DNA of 64,000 bases from positions 2,232,001 through 2,296,000 of the forward strand of contig OZ193910.1 of the NCBI GenBank assembly GCA_964276515.1, read 5' to 3'. Positions 14,420-27,100 of this stretch are shown one piece after another; position 1 is the first letter of the stretch, and each line of letters opens with the position of its first letter. This DNA comes from Gordius albopunctatus. Taxonomy: Eukaryota. The notes under the pieces were generated by a model. The model saw only the letters and a program-made list of their open reading frames with translations, did no database searches and was not told the DNA's origin. Both the position numbers and the translations under genes were made by a program.

Positions 14420-14874
14420 CAGAGGTCAGATTTGTTAGAATTTTTCTGTCCGAACCCGGCCCGGCCCGATTTTATAATTAATCTGCCCACCCGAACCCTT
14501 CTATGTGTCCACATGGCAATGCCCGAATTATCCCAGGAGCCCAAACTGCCCGGCACAAAATGGTGTGTTTTAACATTTTTAGCACTAATATCGTTATATT
14601 TTTTGAAAATTTTATCTTAATTTTTGATTTTTTTTTAAATGAGAACTAGGATTAACAAACATTATGAAATCAATTTAAAAAGTGGCAAAATATACACAAA
14701 CACAATATAATACATTATTTTAAAAACAAAATTTAGCCCGAATTGTGCGAATCTTGTTATGGTGCCCGCCCGGGTCCGCCCGAAAGTTAAAATTTATGAG
14801 AGTTGCCCGGCTCGGTCCGTGCGCCGGGCGGGCAGGTTCTGGCAGCGGGCCGGACCGGGCAAATCTGGTCTCTG
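14420..14874. mobile_element. hAT-type MITE (CAGAG family)
   Basis: TIRs CAGAGGTCAGATTTG / CAAATCTGGTCTCTG; perfect 8-bp TSD GTATGAAC (14412-14419, 14875-14882). Confidence 0.92.
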
Positions 14875-15301
14875 GTATGAACCATCAGTCTCCATGATAA
14901 ATGAAATTTGAAGTCAAAATTAGCTTAATGTTAAAAAAAGAATTATAGGAGTTTATATATCCGTTAATCTATTATTTTATATATCTTGTCTAATTCAATA
15001 TGTTTAAGTATTAGTAGTATCCATAAATCGGGTAATCGGATTACATTTCAACCAAATAATTAATAGCATGTATTTCTGGTTTAGTTTTTAACATTGACCT
15101 AAATGAAAAATATGACGCTGTTTAGTTGAAACAAAAGTTTGCTGAAAATGTGAATGTATATATTTCGTTTGCACTAGGAAAAACAATGATATTAGGAGTC
15201 AACCTGCCAATTTTATTTCGAAAAGATGACAGTTGAGTTGGTATAATAGGCATATATGTCATGTTATTTAATAAATGATTTACTCAACCGAGCCAGAAAT
15301 A

Positions 15302-15435
15302 CCTTGTAGTGGTGGTTGAGCTTGTGTACTCTCGTGATCCAAGAAGCTATACCTTTGGTAGCCAAACAAAATTTTTATGTTTGTTACTGGTGGGGTCACC
15401 CTATTGGCAAGGTTCTTGGTGAAGGGTCAGACTAA
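15302..15435 (+). mobile_element. Isolated 5' UTR remnant resembling BovB-type RTE elements
   Basis: CCTTGTAGTGGTGGTTGAGCTTGTGTACTC...GAAGCTATACC...GGGGTCACCC resembles, from memory, the GCCTTGTCGTGG...GGCTTG...GAGCTATGCC 5' leader of RTE-BovB LINEs. Confidence 0.45.
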
Positions 15436-16833
15436 AATTTCTGTGCTTTTTGAGGGAGTACTTTGTGAAATGGAAGTGCTAGATTAAGCCTATCAATACG
15501 AGTGGTCTAAAGAAAGTTTATTTATTAAAATACTTAATATTTCAGATTTCATGATAAAAAATTTTAAATTGATCATTCATTTAGAGTTTCCCAAGGGTTG
15601 TCTAAACTCTCATTAGTAATATCATAAAATGCAATTAAAAATCTTTTTCAGGGATTTTAACCAAATAAATAGTACTAAACCTACCGTGCGTGGTCAAATG
15701 ACCTTTTTAATATATGTATATCCGTTAGAATTACCATATAATTTTACGAATTTTCATTTAAGTACAAATTATGTTTCAGAATTAATAAATTTTAGTGTTT
15801 TTGTTCACCGGAGCTTATGGATTCTGTTTTGATCTTCAACAGTTCATTGTAATTAATTTATTATCAACTTAATTCAAATTTTTATAAGGTTTACATAATT
15901 GCCTTGTAAACCATAATGTCATGATGCTCCAATAATACCGAATCCTATCGAGCGAAAATATTTTAAACGAAAATTGCTCAGAAGAAGACTTATGTTTAAT
16001 ATTGATGATAGAAAGGTAAATTAAATACATCATTCTTTTTGTTTATTTGAATCGTTAATAAATTAAGAATTTAAAATGTATATTTTAAGTAATCAAGCCT
16101 GCAAAGTCAATGAAAAGAAAAAAAAATCTTAAACGTAATTTTCTGCTAAAATTAGCAATTTCTTTGGGGTCCTGAGTGTTTACGATAGTGTTTAAAAAGT
16201 TGGCTATTTTAAGTGCCAAGTTATGTATAGTCTTGATCAGGAGAGGGCTAAAAATTGTTGAGATATTTGCATTTTTCCTCTTTCCTTCACTTACTAGAAA
16301 TCGTATCATGCAATAGAGGCCAACACGAGTGACCCGAAACCCGACCCGATGCTTTCGGGTCGCGTGTAATTCGTGTTGAATTTTGTAAAACGCTTTTGGA
16401 TCGGGTTTTGGTTAAAAAAAATTTTAAAAAATGCGTCGGGTTCGGGTTGAAAAAAAGCGATTTTGCAGTTATCTATTATGCAGACAAGAAATTAGAGAAA
16501 CGAAGAGTTGAAGAAAACTAAATAAAACGACAAAATCATGGAGAGCACCCGTTATAAAAATAATAACAAAGGAAATATCAAGAGGGAGTAGCAGCGTTGG
16601 CATTTTTCATGCTTATGAAACATGAAATCATATATAAAAAATGCATTTTGAGAGTTAAAACTACGCATTTGGAAAATATTCGAGATTTGATTTTATATGC
16701 GATTATATCGAATCGAATCCGAAATCAAATCCTTATGTGCCAAGTTCCAATGAAAATTTATTTGCTGAGATTCGAAAATCCTAATCGATTGAAAAAAAGG
16801 ATTTTAAAAATTATTTACTTAAAATTATAATTA

Positions 16834-19800
16834 AATCACTACGTTCGACGGTCCTAAGTCCATCTGTCGGAAAGCGGCTATAAAAACCAACTCCAAAATC
16901 ACGATAGTTTGAAACATTTTTACAGAAAGCTAGGGCGTCCTCCACAAGTGAGGCACACTGCATACCCCCTCCTCTTGAATTTTAAAAATACACTAGGGTT
17001 ACTGCCAAACTTACAACGATAGTGGTTAAGGAAATTAGTTATGGAGAGAATGCGAATAACGTGATGGAATGAGGGAAGGTTGCCGAAAAATAGCCTCGGT
17101 GTCGCACAAATGCTAAGAAGAAGAAAGGTACACATCGCCTGCCTACAAAAGACGAGGTGGAACGGAACCAAAGCTCGGGAGTAAGGATAAGGATACAAAC
17201 TATTCTACAGTGGGTCACCAAATCTTAGAAATGCGGTCGGTACCTTTCTAGGCGAATCGTTCAAGTACAAGGTGGTGGAAGTCAAACATTGTTCCGACAG
17301 GCTAATGTGGGTGAAGATTGCGGATCAAGGGGGCCTCCTAACCGTTATGTGCGCGTATGTCCCCAAATTGGATGTTTGGAATCAGAGAAAGACATATTCT
17401 TCGATTCATTGGAAAAGGAAATACAAGGAATAGGACAGGAAGAAAGGCTAATTATTGGGGCCGATTTCAACGCTCACGTAGGGAAAGATCGCCTCGGGTA
17501 TGAACGCAATCATGGAGGCTATGGGCATGGTCTGAAGAACAAAGATGGGGAAAAACTGCTCCAAGTATCCCAAGCATATGACATGGCGATCGTTAACACC
17601 TATTTTTAAAAGCGCGAAGATCATATTGTGCCCTATAGAAGTGTGAAGCATTTTAGTCAAATCGACTATTTGCTTATACGGCGAAAGGACTTATGGAGTA
17701 TCAAGGATTGCAAAGTAATACCGGGAGAAGAAATCGCCAGGCATCATCGTCCCCTTGTTATGGATCTTGACAGAAGAGTATTTCCCGAAAGAAGAAAGGT
17801 CTATGAACCTCGAATTCGATACGAAAGGGTAAAGGATACGTCGACGAACAAAGAATACCATCAAAAAGCCTGCTCACTCTTGGGTGCAAGGAAGTTGCAA
17901 AAGGACGTAGACGACGATTGGGAGAGGCTATCTAAGGACGTTAAGGAAACAGCGATTCGTGTTCTAGGACAGACCCAAGGAGGCATAGCTATGAATAGGG
18001 AACTATGGTGGTGCGATCAATCGGTTAAAGATTTCATAAAAAGAAAGAAAGATCTATATAGACGGTGGCATAAATCAAAAAAACTCGGAGGATTATCAAG
18101 ATTACAGGTACGCAAAGAGGGCCGCAAAAAAGGCCTTTGCAAAAGCAAAGAATGTCGCGTACACCGAGATGGCAAACAAACTGGATCATAAAGGGGGCGA
18201 TAGGCTTATGTACAAATTGGCCAAGATAAGGGAGAAGAAAAGTCGCGATGTCGGAGTTCCTAAAATAGTCAAAAGCGAGAAGGGTCAAACCTTATTCAAG
18301 CCGAAAGAAGTGATGGAAAGGTGGAAAGGATATTTTAAGAAACTTATGAATATTGCAAATGACAAGGATTCCCTTCCCGAAATTGAGCCAAATATAAGTA
18401 TGGTCTAAATCTTTCAGGAGGATGAAGTTAAGACACAAATGAACAAGATGCAAAAAGGAAAAGCAAATGGTCCAGATGGAATATCTATGGATGCATTGCT
18501 CGGATGTCGTGAAGAAGGAGTCACCACCATGACGAACCTCCTTAACAAGATATTGGTAGAAGAGCGAATCCCTAATCAATGGAGAGCAAGCACGATTATA
18601 CCATTATTTAAATGCAAATGAGACCCTCAGGACTGCGGCAATTACAGAGGTATCAAGCTAACTTGCCACTCCTTGAAGCTTTTGGAAAGGATCTTAGTAA
18701 CAAGGCTCAAAAGCGAGATGGAAATATCGGCTAATCAATTCGGATTCGTGGCCGGCAAATCCACAATCGACCCAATCTTCGCCCTAAGACAAATTATGGA
18801 TGAGTATGGTGAAAAGAGGAAAGACCTACATATGGTTTTTATCGACTTGGAGAAAGCTTATGACACGGTCCCCGCGATTTAATATGGTGGTGTCTGAGGA
18901 AACAAAATATACCTGACGCATATATACGGCTTATGAAAAATATTTATGAAGCTTCAAACTCTTACGTTAGGACGACAGTTGGAGACTCTAAACCTTTTCG
19001 GGTTAATATTGGATTACATCAAGGCTCTGCTTTAAGTCCCTTTTCATTTAATATAATTATAGACACGATAACGAGGGAGATTCAAATACGCGGATTATAT
19101 GGATGCGAGGAAACAAGGGAATTCGAAGAAGCCGATAAGTGGTCAAAGCGCTTAGCTGGATATGGTTTAAAGGTCAACGATCGAAAAACGGTATACATGG
19201 AAATGAACGGTACAGGCACCCCATCGCTGGATGACCATCTAAAGTACCCAAAAGTAGACAGGTTCCCATAACTCGGCTGGATGCTACATCAAGAGGGAGG
19301 CTGCGCAACAGAAGTCAATGCCCGGATAGAAAAAGGATGGCTTAAATGGCGAAGTATATGGTGTAATGTGCGACAAAAAAATGCCAATATGGTTGAAGAG
19401 CAAAGCTTACAAATCCATCGTAAGACCGGTGTTACTCTATGGAAGTGAAACATGAGCATTAAACACCACGGAATTAAAGCTATTACAAGCCACTGAGATG
19501 AGAATGATACGGTGGAGCTTGGGGTATACTAAGCTCGATCATATGACGAATGACTTTCTCATGACAAAAATGGGTATTCAACCTATGGCGGATATGATTA
19601 ACGAAAATCGGCTAAGGTGGTATGGACATATACTAAGAACGGATACGGATGACGTAAATCGAAAAGTACTGGACATTGAGGTACCGGAGAAGAGAGGAAG
19701 AGGACGGCCCCGTGTCACGTGGAAAGGGCAAGTCGATAAAGTTATGGAAACTGAAGAGATTAGTCAAGACATGGCACTCACCCGGTCAAGATGGAAGAAA

Positions 19801-19897
19801 CTTATCAAAACAAACCCCACAAATGTTGGACCAAATAACTGATAAAGAAGAAGAAGAAGAAGAAGAAGAAGAAGAAGAAGAAGAAGAAGAAGAAGAA
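16834..19897 (+). mobile_element. Near full-length RTE-clade LINE (copy B), frameshifted APE-RT
   Basis: APE motifs (GADFNAHVG, QIDYLL) and RT motifs (QFGF, FIDLEKAYD, GLHQGSALSP). C-terminal LRWYGHILR and GRGRPR. Ends in a (GAA)n tail at about 19847-19897. Multiple stops and frameshifts. Confidence 0.97.
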
Positions 19898-20220
19898 AGG
19901 AGAACAATTGTTGCGATGTCGGAGTTCTTAAAATAGTCAAAAACGAGAAGGGTCAAACCTTATTCAAGCCGAAGGAAGTGATGTGGAAGGAATATTTTAA
20001 GAAACTTAAGAATATTGCAAATGACAAAGCTTCCCTTCCCGATATTGAGTCAAACATAAGTATAAGTATGATACAAATGAACAAGATGCAAAAAGGAAAA
20101 GCGAATGGTCCAAATGGGAAGCATTGCTCGGATGTCGTGAAGAAAAAGTCACCACCATGACGAACCTTCTTAACAAGATATTGGTTTGGTAGAAGACGGA
20201 ATTCCTAATCAATGGAGAGA
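19898..20220 (+). mobile_element. Internal RTE fragment fused to the tail of copy B
   Basis: Matches about 18229-18586 of copy B (GATGTCGGAGTTC...CCTAATCAATGGAGAG). Confidence 0.85.
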
Positions 20221-20606
20221 CCCCCACCCCATTTTTTATCCTCTTTTTTATCGGGAGAAGAGGGGGTGGGCAATCACCTTCCCCCGAATCACTTTCCCCC
20301 TCCGGCCTCCCCCTCCGGGTGAGAAAGAGAGTGAAAAATAGGGCGGGGGGGGGGGCAAAGTTCTTAATTTATTTTTTATTTATGATATATAATATGAGTA
20401 AATATTGTAATTATAACAAATTGCAATTAAATCTGCTATCTGCTCGAGTTTACTGCTCGAGCTATCTGCTCAATGCTTTAACAGATTTTGCTGCTTCGAC
20501 TAACCTCTTGAGCATTTTTACATGCTACTGTTAAAGCTAGTGCACCGAACAGCGAGCATCATTGTGCTAACTAGCATATTAAACAACTCAGTGTGCGTGC
20601 TCGAGT

Positions 20607-21228
20607 TAGAGCTCTGCAAAATGAAATTTTTTCCGCCCAAGCCCGACCTTTCAATTTTTATTTTGCCCGAGCCCGGCCCGAGCTCAAAAAATTTTTTTAT
20701 TTTTGGCCCGACCCGATTTTTCAAATAAAATTATTTCACCATCTAAATATAAAATGCATTAGATTGTTATTACTCATAATTTACAAGTAGGATAAGTTTA
20801 AAATAAAAAATTTTTCACTCGCTAAAATTTATTCAGCTAGTCAATTAAGACTAAAAATTTAACTTTATAAAATATATTGTTAACAGTTAAAAATAAAAAC
20901 TTTTTGAAATATTTACTTTCTTGTTTCTAAAGTTGCAACAGCTACTGTTAATCTATTTAAATACTACAATAAGATTTGCAATTCAGGCCAGTTATATTAT
21001 AATAGACAAGGGAAAAAAGTTGAAATTTGGAAGCTATATAATGTACCCTGTGGTAAGATAATTATTTAATATCGAGTTGAGTTTATTTAAATCATATTTC
21101 ATAAAAGGTTAATGTGTTTTAGTTCAATTCAGGCCGAGCTTGGGCCGCGGATCGGGCCTGGCCCAATTATTTTATAAAACTATTCCCGAGGGCCGGGTCG
21201 GGCTTCGGGCAGCCCGTGCAGGGCTCTA
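20607..21228. mobile_element. hAT-type MITE (TAGAGCYCTGCA family) nested in another repeat
   Basis: TIRs TAGAGCTCTGCA / TGCAGGGCTCTA; TSD gctcgagt / gctcgagc. It is the inverted homologue of 31951-32546. Confidence 0.9.
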
Positions 21229-21493
21229 GCTCGAGCATAGCACATAGTGAGCATTGCTCACGCGAGCAATTTAACAACTTTATAAATTAGTATTAAAAGG
21301 GTATATAGTTTTATAAAAAAAATTCAGATTGCTGATAGATGAGTTCCCTTTAATTTTTAATGGTTGTAAAAGCATTATAGAAAACACACAAATCTGATAT
21401 TATAATATATCATGATTATGTATTTAAAGACGGACAATTATTTTCAATGTAAATTTGAACAATAAATGCTTATAACGAAATTGGCATATTAAG

Positions 21494-21805
21494 ATCGTGA
21501 CGCCTTCTTCTCGGCATCCGACCCATGCTTCCATAGGAATTCTATCTGGGCCATTCGCTTTTCCTTTTTGCATCTTGTTCATTTTGCCCTAACTGCATCC
21601 TTTCGAAAAAGTTTGACATATACTAATGTTTGGTTCAATATCGGCATGGAAATTATTGTCATTTGCAGTATTCGAAAGTACTTTGAAATATTCTTTCCCC
21701 CTTTATATCACCACTTTCGTCTTAAGCAAGGTTTGACCATTTTTTTTATAACTTTTTAAGGTTTCCGACATCGTGACTTTTCTACTTCCTTATCTTAGGC
21801 AATAC
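21494..21805 (-). mobile_element. Degenerate RTE fragment
   Basis: Reverse complement is homologous to about 18215-18530 of copy B. Confidence 0.8.
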
Positions 21806-22842
21806 ATACATGATAACATGGTAAAGTAGTGATTATATAGATATTAGTAAATTTTGGAAATTAAATTATCTTAAAAAGGTAAATAAAACAAATATTAAAT
21901 TGGATAGATTTGAAATACAGCATTCTAAAATCAATATCATTTACACAATACATAAAAATCAAAAATGTAAAAACTGTGATGGTTGGTTTAATAATATAGC
22001 GCCATCTAAATTTTGTATAATATTAATTTATTGACGTTATTTCAAATTCATAAACTAGTGAGGAAGGTAAATTGACTGTTATAGCGCAAAATGACATGGT
22101 TGAATTACACCAGCTGTTGTCTTCAAAATGGACGAAATTTGACACACAATTCACCATATGGAACAAATGGTATGAGCAGTCTATCTAGTCTATGGCGTCT
22201 AAGAGGCAAAAATATATTATAATTAATGAGACTCTTTTATCCCTGCTTATTTTTACCAAATAATTCTTTTAATTCTGAAGTAACTGAATTTATCTTTGAA
22301 AAGACCAATAAAGCAACTTGCATATTTAAAAATTTGTATAAACAAAAATCCTTGTTTATAGAGGTAAGTTATAGTGTATAACATCAAGATTAATTTTATT
22401 TTAACACGTATTAACAGCGCCATGCACCTCCATTATTTACAATGGGAAGGAGGTAGGCTAGTGGGAGAGAAACACTTAATTCGCCTTAATTATATTCAAA
22501 TAAATTTTGTATCGATCAAGCTTAATTGCTAAATGACAGAAGCCTGTTAAAAGGACTCGGTGTCTTGTAGCTATGACAAGGGTCGGGGGAACCTTCCTAA
22601 CAACACCTCTCTAATAGTATTATCATCAAAAGCTAGCCTTGGCCCTCTCCCCTTCTATTTACTTGTTTCAATTTTTTAATCCATTACTTGGCACCCCCCC
22701 CTTGTCGTTGATCATTAGTAATTATATATTTTTTCAATGCCAATGCAGCTAAGGGGTATCAAATTTTTCGCTTTTTATTTCACCCCTTAAACCCATACCT
22801 ATATATACTATACATAAACCATTTCTGCTCTGTTAATTTCCA

Positions 22843-24159
22843 ATGAATCGAGATTTTTACATACATCGATCTTTAGATGAAAACGATTCTCAAACCGTTC
22901 CCCAACATATCGGGTATTATGTAGGCAATTCTGCTATTTCACATTCGGCCCATATTATTGTTCCACCCTCTCCCTATAAAAACATGCCCCCTTACTATTA
23001 CAACAAAAACCTCCAAAAGTGTACCCAAAGATACGTTGTGGGCAAAGAAGGACATAGTAAGATGAAGTCAAACAGTGACTTTGTAAATAAACAGGTCAAT
23101 AAAGAATATATACAGACGGCTCGAGTTGGTTCTTCAAATCAACTACCCGACCTTGCTAAAGCAGCACTCATTAAGCAAACCCTAAGTTCGACTAAGTGGA
23201 GTTCTTGCGACGAAAGGAAAGTTCGCAAATTACCCGACCTAAGAGTAATATCCAAGTGGCAAAGCATGGAACCTCATTTCGGCGTGACTGATATAAAGCA
23301 GAACTATAAAAAACCCAATTCGGCGGAAAATATAGAAGAAGTTGTTGAGCAACAATCCCAAGGGACATCAATTTACCAAAATAAACCCTTAGAAATGAGG
23401 TTTGTTAAGAAGATGCCTAAATTTCAGGAAACGAACGATAGTACAACAATAACAGCTCAGGGGGAACACCGTGGTTTTTTGAGTGGTAAAAAAGTATTAA
23501 AAAGGCAGGGTACGCCTTTAATCACTTCCGAAACACCATTTTACTATGCTTCCGATTCGAGCGACGATACGCAAAATTTGGCACCACAAGATGCTGATGC
23601 TGAAAGAGCAGAATTCGAAGAGGCCATCAAAATGAAAGATTCGTATTATTCCGATTTCGATAATAGATTCGAACGGGCAGCTAAACTCGAAAACTCCCAA
23701 CAATGGCATTCTGACGAGTTATCTAAAAATGTTGATGATGAAAAAGAGCATCCTTGTAGCTCTGATCTTAAACATGATAATCTAGTGGAGAGAAGACCCC
23801 TAAGACATTTGATAGCAAACATTAAGGACCCTAAATATCAAAAGTTATGGTCTTCAGAATCTTATCCCCGCAATTTGATGACCATGCCAGTGTCACCATC
23901 CTTAAAGAGAATGTACTACGACAAGTCTATGCTCAAGGGTCCACCCTTTAAAAAAATTCAATTTCCTCCAGGGTTTACCACTTTAATGAGACCGATCTTA
24001 AATGCGACCCTTATAATTGGTACCATAATGTTCGCATCAAGCCAAGATTTAGAAGATAATCTTATGTTAGAATACGTGGATTGTTTGAAAAGGAAATCAA
24101 ATAATAACTTAAGCCGTAGTAACAATATAATCATCTTCGACTCCTTTGATCAAAGTTAG
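22843..24159 (+). CDS. Intronless 438-aa ORF of unknown function
   Basis: A 1317-nt ATG-to-TAG ORF in very AT-rich DNA where chance ORFs are short. Polar and charged composition; no TE motif or domain recognised. Confidence 0.7.
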   Translation: MNRDFYIHRSLDENDSQTVPQHIGYYVGNSAISHSAHIIVPPSPYKNMPPYYYNKNLQKCTQRYVVGKEGHSKMKSNSDFVNKQVNKEYIQTARVGSSNQLPDLAKAALIKQTLSSTKWSSCDERKVRKLPDLRVISKWQSMEPHFGVTDIKQNYKKPNSAENIEEVVEQQSQGTSIYQNKPLEMRFVKKMPKFQETNDSTTITAQGEHRGFLSGKKVLKRQGTPLITSETPFYYASDSSDDTQNLAPQDADAERAEFEEAIKMKDSYYSDFDNRFERAAKLENSQQWHSDELSKNVDDEKEHPCSSDLKHDNLVERRPLRHLIANIKDPKYQKLWSSESYPRNLMTMPVSPSLKRMYYDKSMLKGPPFKKIQFPPGFTTLMRPILNATLIIGTIMFASSQDLEDNLMLEYVDCLKRKSNNNLSRSNNIIIFDSFDQS

Positions 24160-27100
24160 CAATTTCTTATAAAAACTATACGCTCAATAGTCTTTAAACT
24201 TTATAACAATATAAATCTTAATGTCAAGATGTTTTTAGGCTTTTTGAAACTCGTTAGTTAACAGCTTTAATAGAAATTAAATATTTGTTTATCGCATTAA
24301 AAAAACTAGCTTTTTCTGTAGGACATACAATATGTTTCAGTTTACATTACGTGTGTGTGTGATGACCTTCATCGGGAAAAGGTTTCCGATATTAACAAAC
24401 TTATACAACCCCCTTGTTTTTTATAATTACCAAATTTGTTTAATCAGATAACTTATAGGCGCCTATATTGTGCAAAACCACTAATGGACATGTGGCATTG
24501 AAATGCATTTTTCAAGGGGAATCGATATTTTAGCAACCTTAGTATGTACTAAGTTCCACTAATCATTAAATCCTTTAACATAATTTAATTGTATTTATAA
24601 AAGTAAACTAATATTTTTAAAAACTTAAAGTTATATCAAAATTAGTAACTAATTAAATTTAATACAAACTATTGATTGTAGCTCATGAACTTAATTTTTA
24701 TTATTTTTAATTTTTATCTTTAACTGACTCATTAGTTAGTAACTAAAGATTCGTTGTCACAATTTTATATTCACATAATTAGCAATTTTGTTATGGTTTT
24801 TTAAGTGAAGAGCTATAGAGATGGAAGAAGCTTTTTAATGTATCCAAAACCATAATAATTGAATTATTTTATGTTTCATATCAATTTCGTGCTTCATGGT
24901 AGATTTGGAAAAAACAAACATATTGTTTTTTATATATTCTGAACAATTGCATCATTCAAAGAATATACATAAAATATTTGATAAATTATAAAACTATACC
25001 ATCGCTTTAATGCTTTAATACAAAATTTAAATATTTTAAAGTAGAAAACTGTTCACTTTAATCTTAAAAATTCCATAAAGTCTGAATAACTAAACTTAGT
25101 TAGGATGAGAGTGTAGTTGTCTTATAATAAATTCATAACAAACTTTGATTTTAAATAAGATGCAACCTAACGAGCCTGAATACAAATTTTCCAAAAGTTA
25201 TACGTTGTTTCGTAATGTTATTTATAATTGATGTTATAAAACTGAAAATGCAATTAAAAAATTTAACGGCTTAAATGTATAATAAAACTATCAAATCTAT
25301 TATTACAAAATGTTAAGTTTAAACTTTCAAATAGGTTTATCTTTGTATTCATCTGTAAAATGAGATTATGGTTCAATCAAATTTATATGATTAAAATTAT
25401 TTAAAGTGGCTTAATGATTCACATGTTTTTAAACTGTTTATTTATGGTTAGTAAATAAAGATAATCCTCACTGCTAATATTAAAAACGGTGTTTCACTTT
25501 GCGTAAATATAATTTCAGATAGCACCTTAATTGTTGAGTTATGATATCATTTATTAACATATATTTTTGAAACAATTCTTCATATTAAACATAAAAGTCA
25601 GACATGCTCTTATAAGATACTGTAAATTTTTAAAGCTTGCATTTTATATATTATAAAATATTGAATGTTTAATTAGAAATCAATAGAATAGACGATTGAT
25701 TTTTTGCATATGCATTAATAACATTAATATATTATTTAAAAATATAACGTGTATAATACTTTTATGTGGTTAAAACTTAACCTAAGCAATAAATCATTAA
25801 TACTTTTGTAATGGTTTATAATTTGATGCATATACTTATATAGCTTAAAGTCTAAGGACTTTATATGAGTTCCAAATGATGTACTTTTATGTTAATATTA
25901 TTATATTAACATGGAATAGAGAGAATTTGGGGCAAAATAAAAGGAGGATTGGACTAGGTATAGCTCTTTTAAGGTCTCTGTAGGGCCTAGAGATGGTAGA
26001 TTTTCTCACTAGCCTGACCCTTCTTAGATTTTGGGTTTGGGATACGGATTTATATTGATTAACGCCATAATAATGTTACGTAGAAGTTGATAATAAATAA
26101 TTTAAAATAATATGTATTAGTTTTAAAAATAGGGTGTCAAAAGGGGTAAGAATGTTAAAATGAACGTATCACATTAAGAAATAAATGATAAATCTAGCAT
26201 ATTTAATAAAAATAACGAATTGCATCGGCGTTTTTCGCTATAATTTTAATAAATTTCAAAAAAATTGGGATTCAGAGGTGGGGGGCGAACACTCCCCATG
26301 GCTACGCCCATGACTTCAAATTAACTCTAAAAAATAGAGTTTTGCCTGTGAGCACGCGTCCTCTTAATATGCTCGAATTTTTCGCCATCCAAACATAACA
26401 TTCCCACTTTCAAAAAATCCCTAAAAACGAACGGCTCCATTAACATGGGCTCCCTAACTTAGTTAAAGTACAAGCAAATTCTGTCAAATAATATTGATTT
26501 TTAGCACTCAGGCCACTTACCCCCCCACCCCCTCTTGAACGCTTCTCAATATGTTGCCTTACATTAATCAAGTGATATGTAAATTTATATGTGACTAAAA
26601 AATTATGACGAGTAGGAATGGTCTAACTAATAAACTAATTAAATATTAAGTCAATTTTGCCAAATGTTAAAGTTTTAATCACAAACCTAACCTATAGCAC
26701 GAAACAGTGATATTTATATTATTGTCCAATTAAAAAACCTTTTGAATACAAAACTAAATAGAGTTTAGGGAAAGGCAATATTAAATTTGTTTGAAATTTT
26801 AGATATAATTATATCAGTTTTTAAACAATTTTTGGATTTAGAGGGGGCAGACGCCCCTCCTTACCACCCCTTGGCTACGCTAATGTACAGTGGACACCGT
26901 TTTTCCGTTTAATTTATAATTAATCCAATTGTTAAATTTTAAATTTTTATGGGTTGTCATTGATTGGAGGACCTTTCTCCTAATTACCAATAATATTTTT
27001 TTTTTGTTAAAAAGTTTATTTTCAAGAATATTTAGCCGAGTTAGGGGGTTACTGTCATTAAAAAAATTTATTCACGCTTTACTGAATCGTAATTTATCAT

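Noticed and set aside
17607..17609. TAA reassignment (alternative genetic code) as the explanation for the shared RTE stop
   Set aside because: SSUH2 terminates at TAA, and neither host gene model contains an internal TAA.
19676..19936. Poly-Glu ORF
   Set aside because: It is the translation of the RTE (GAA)n tail.
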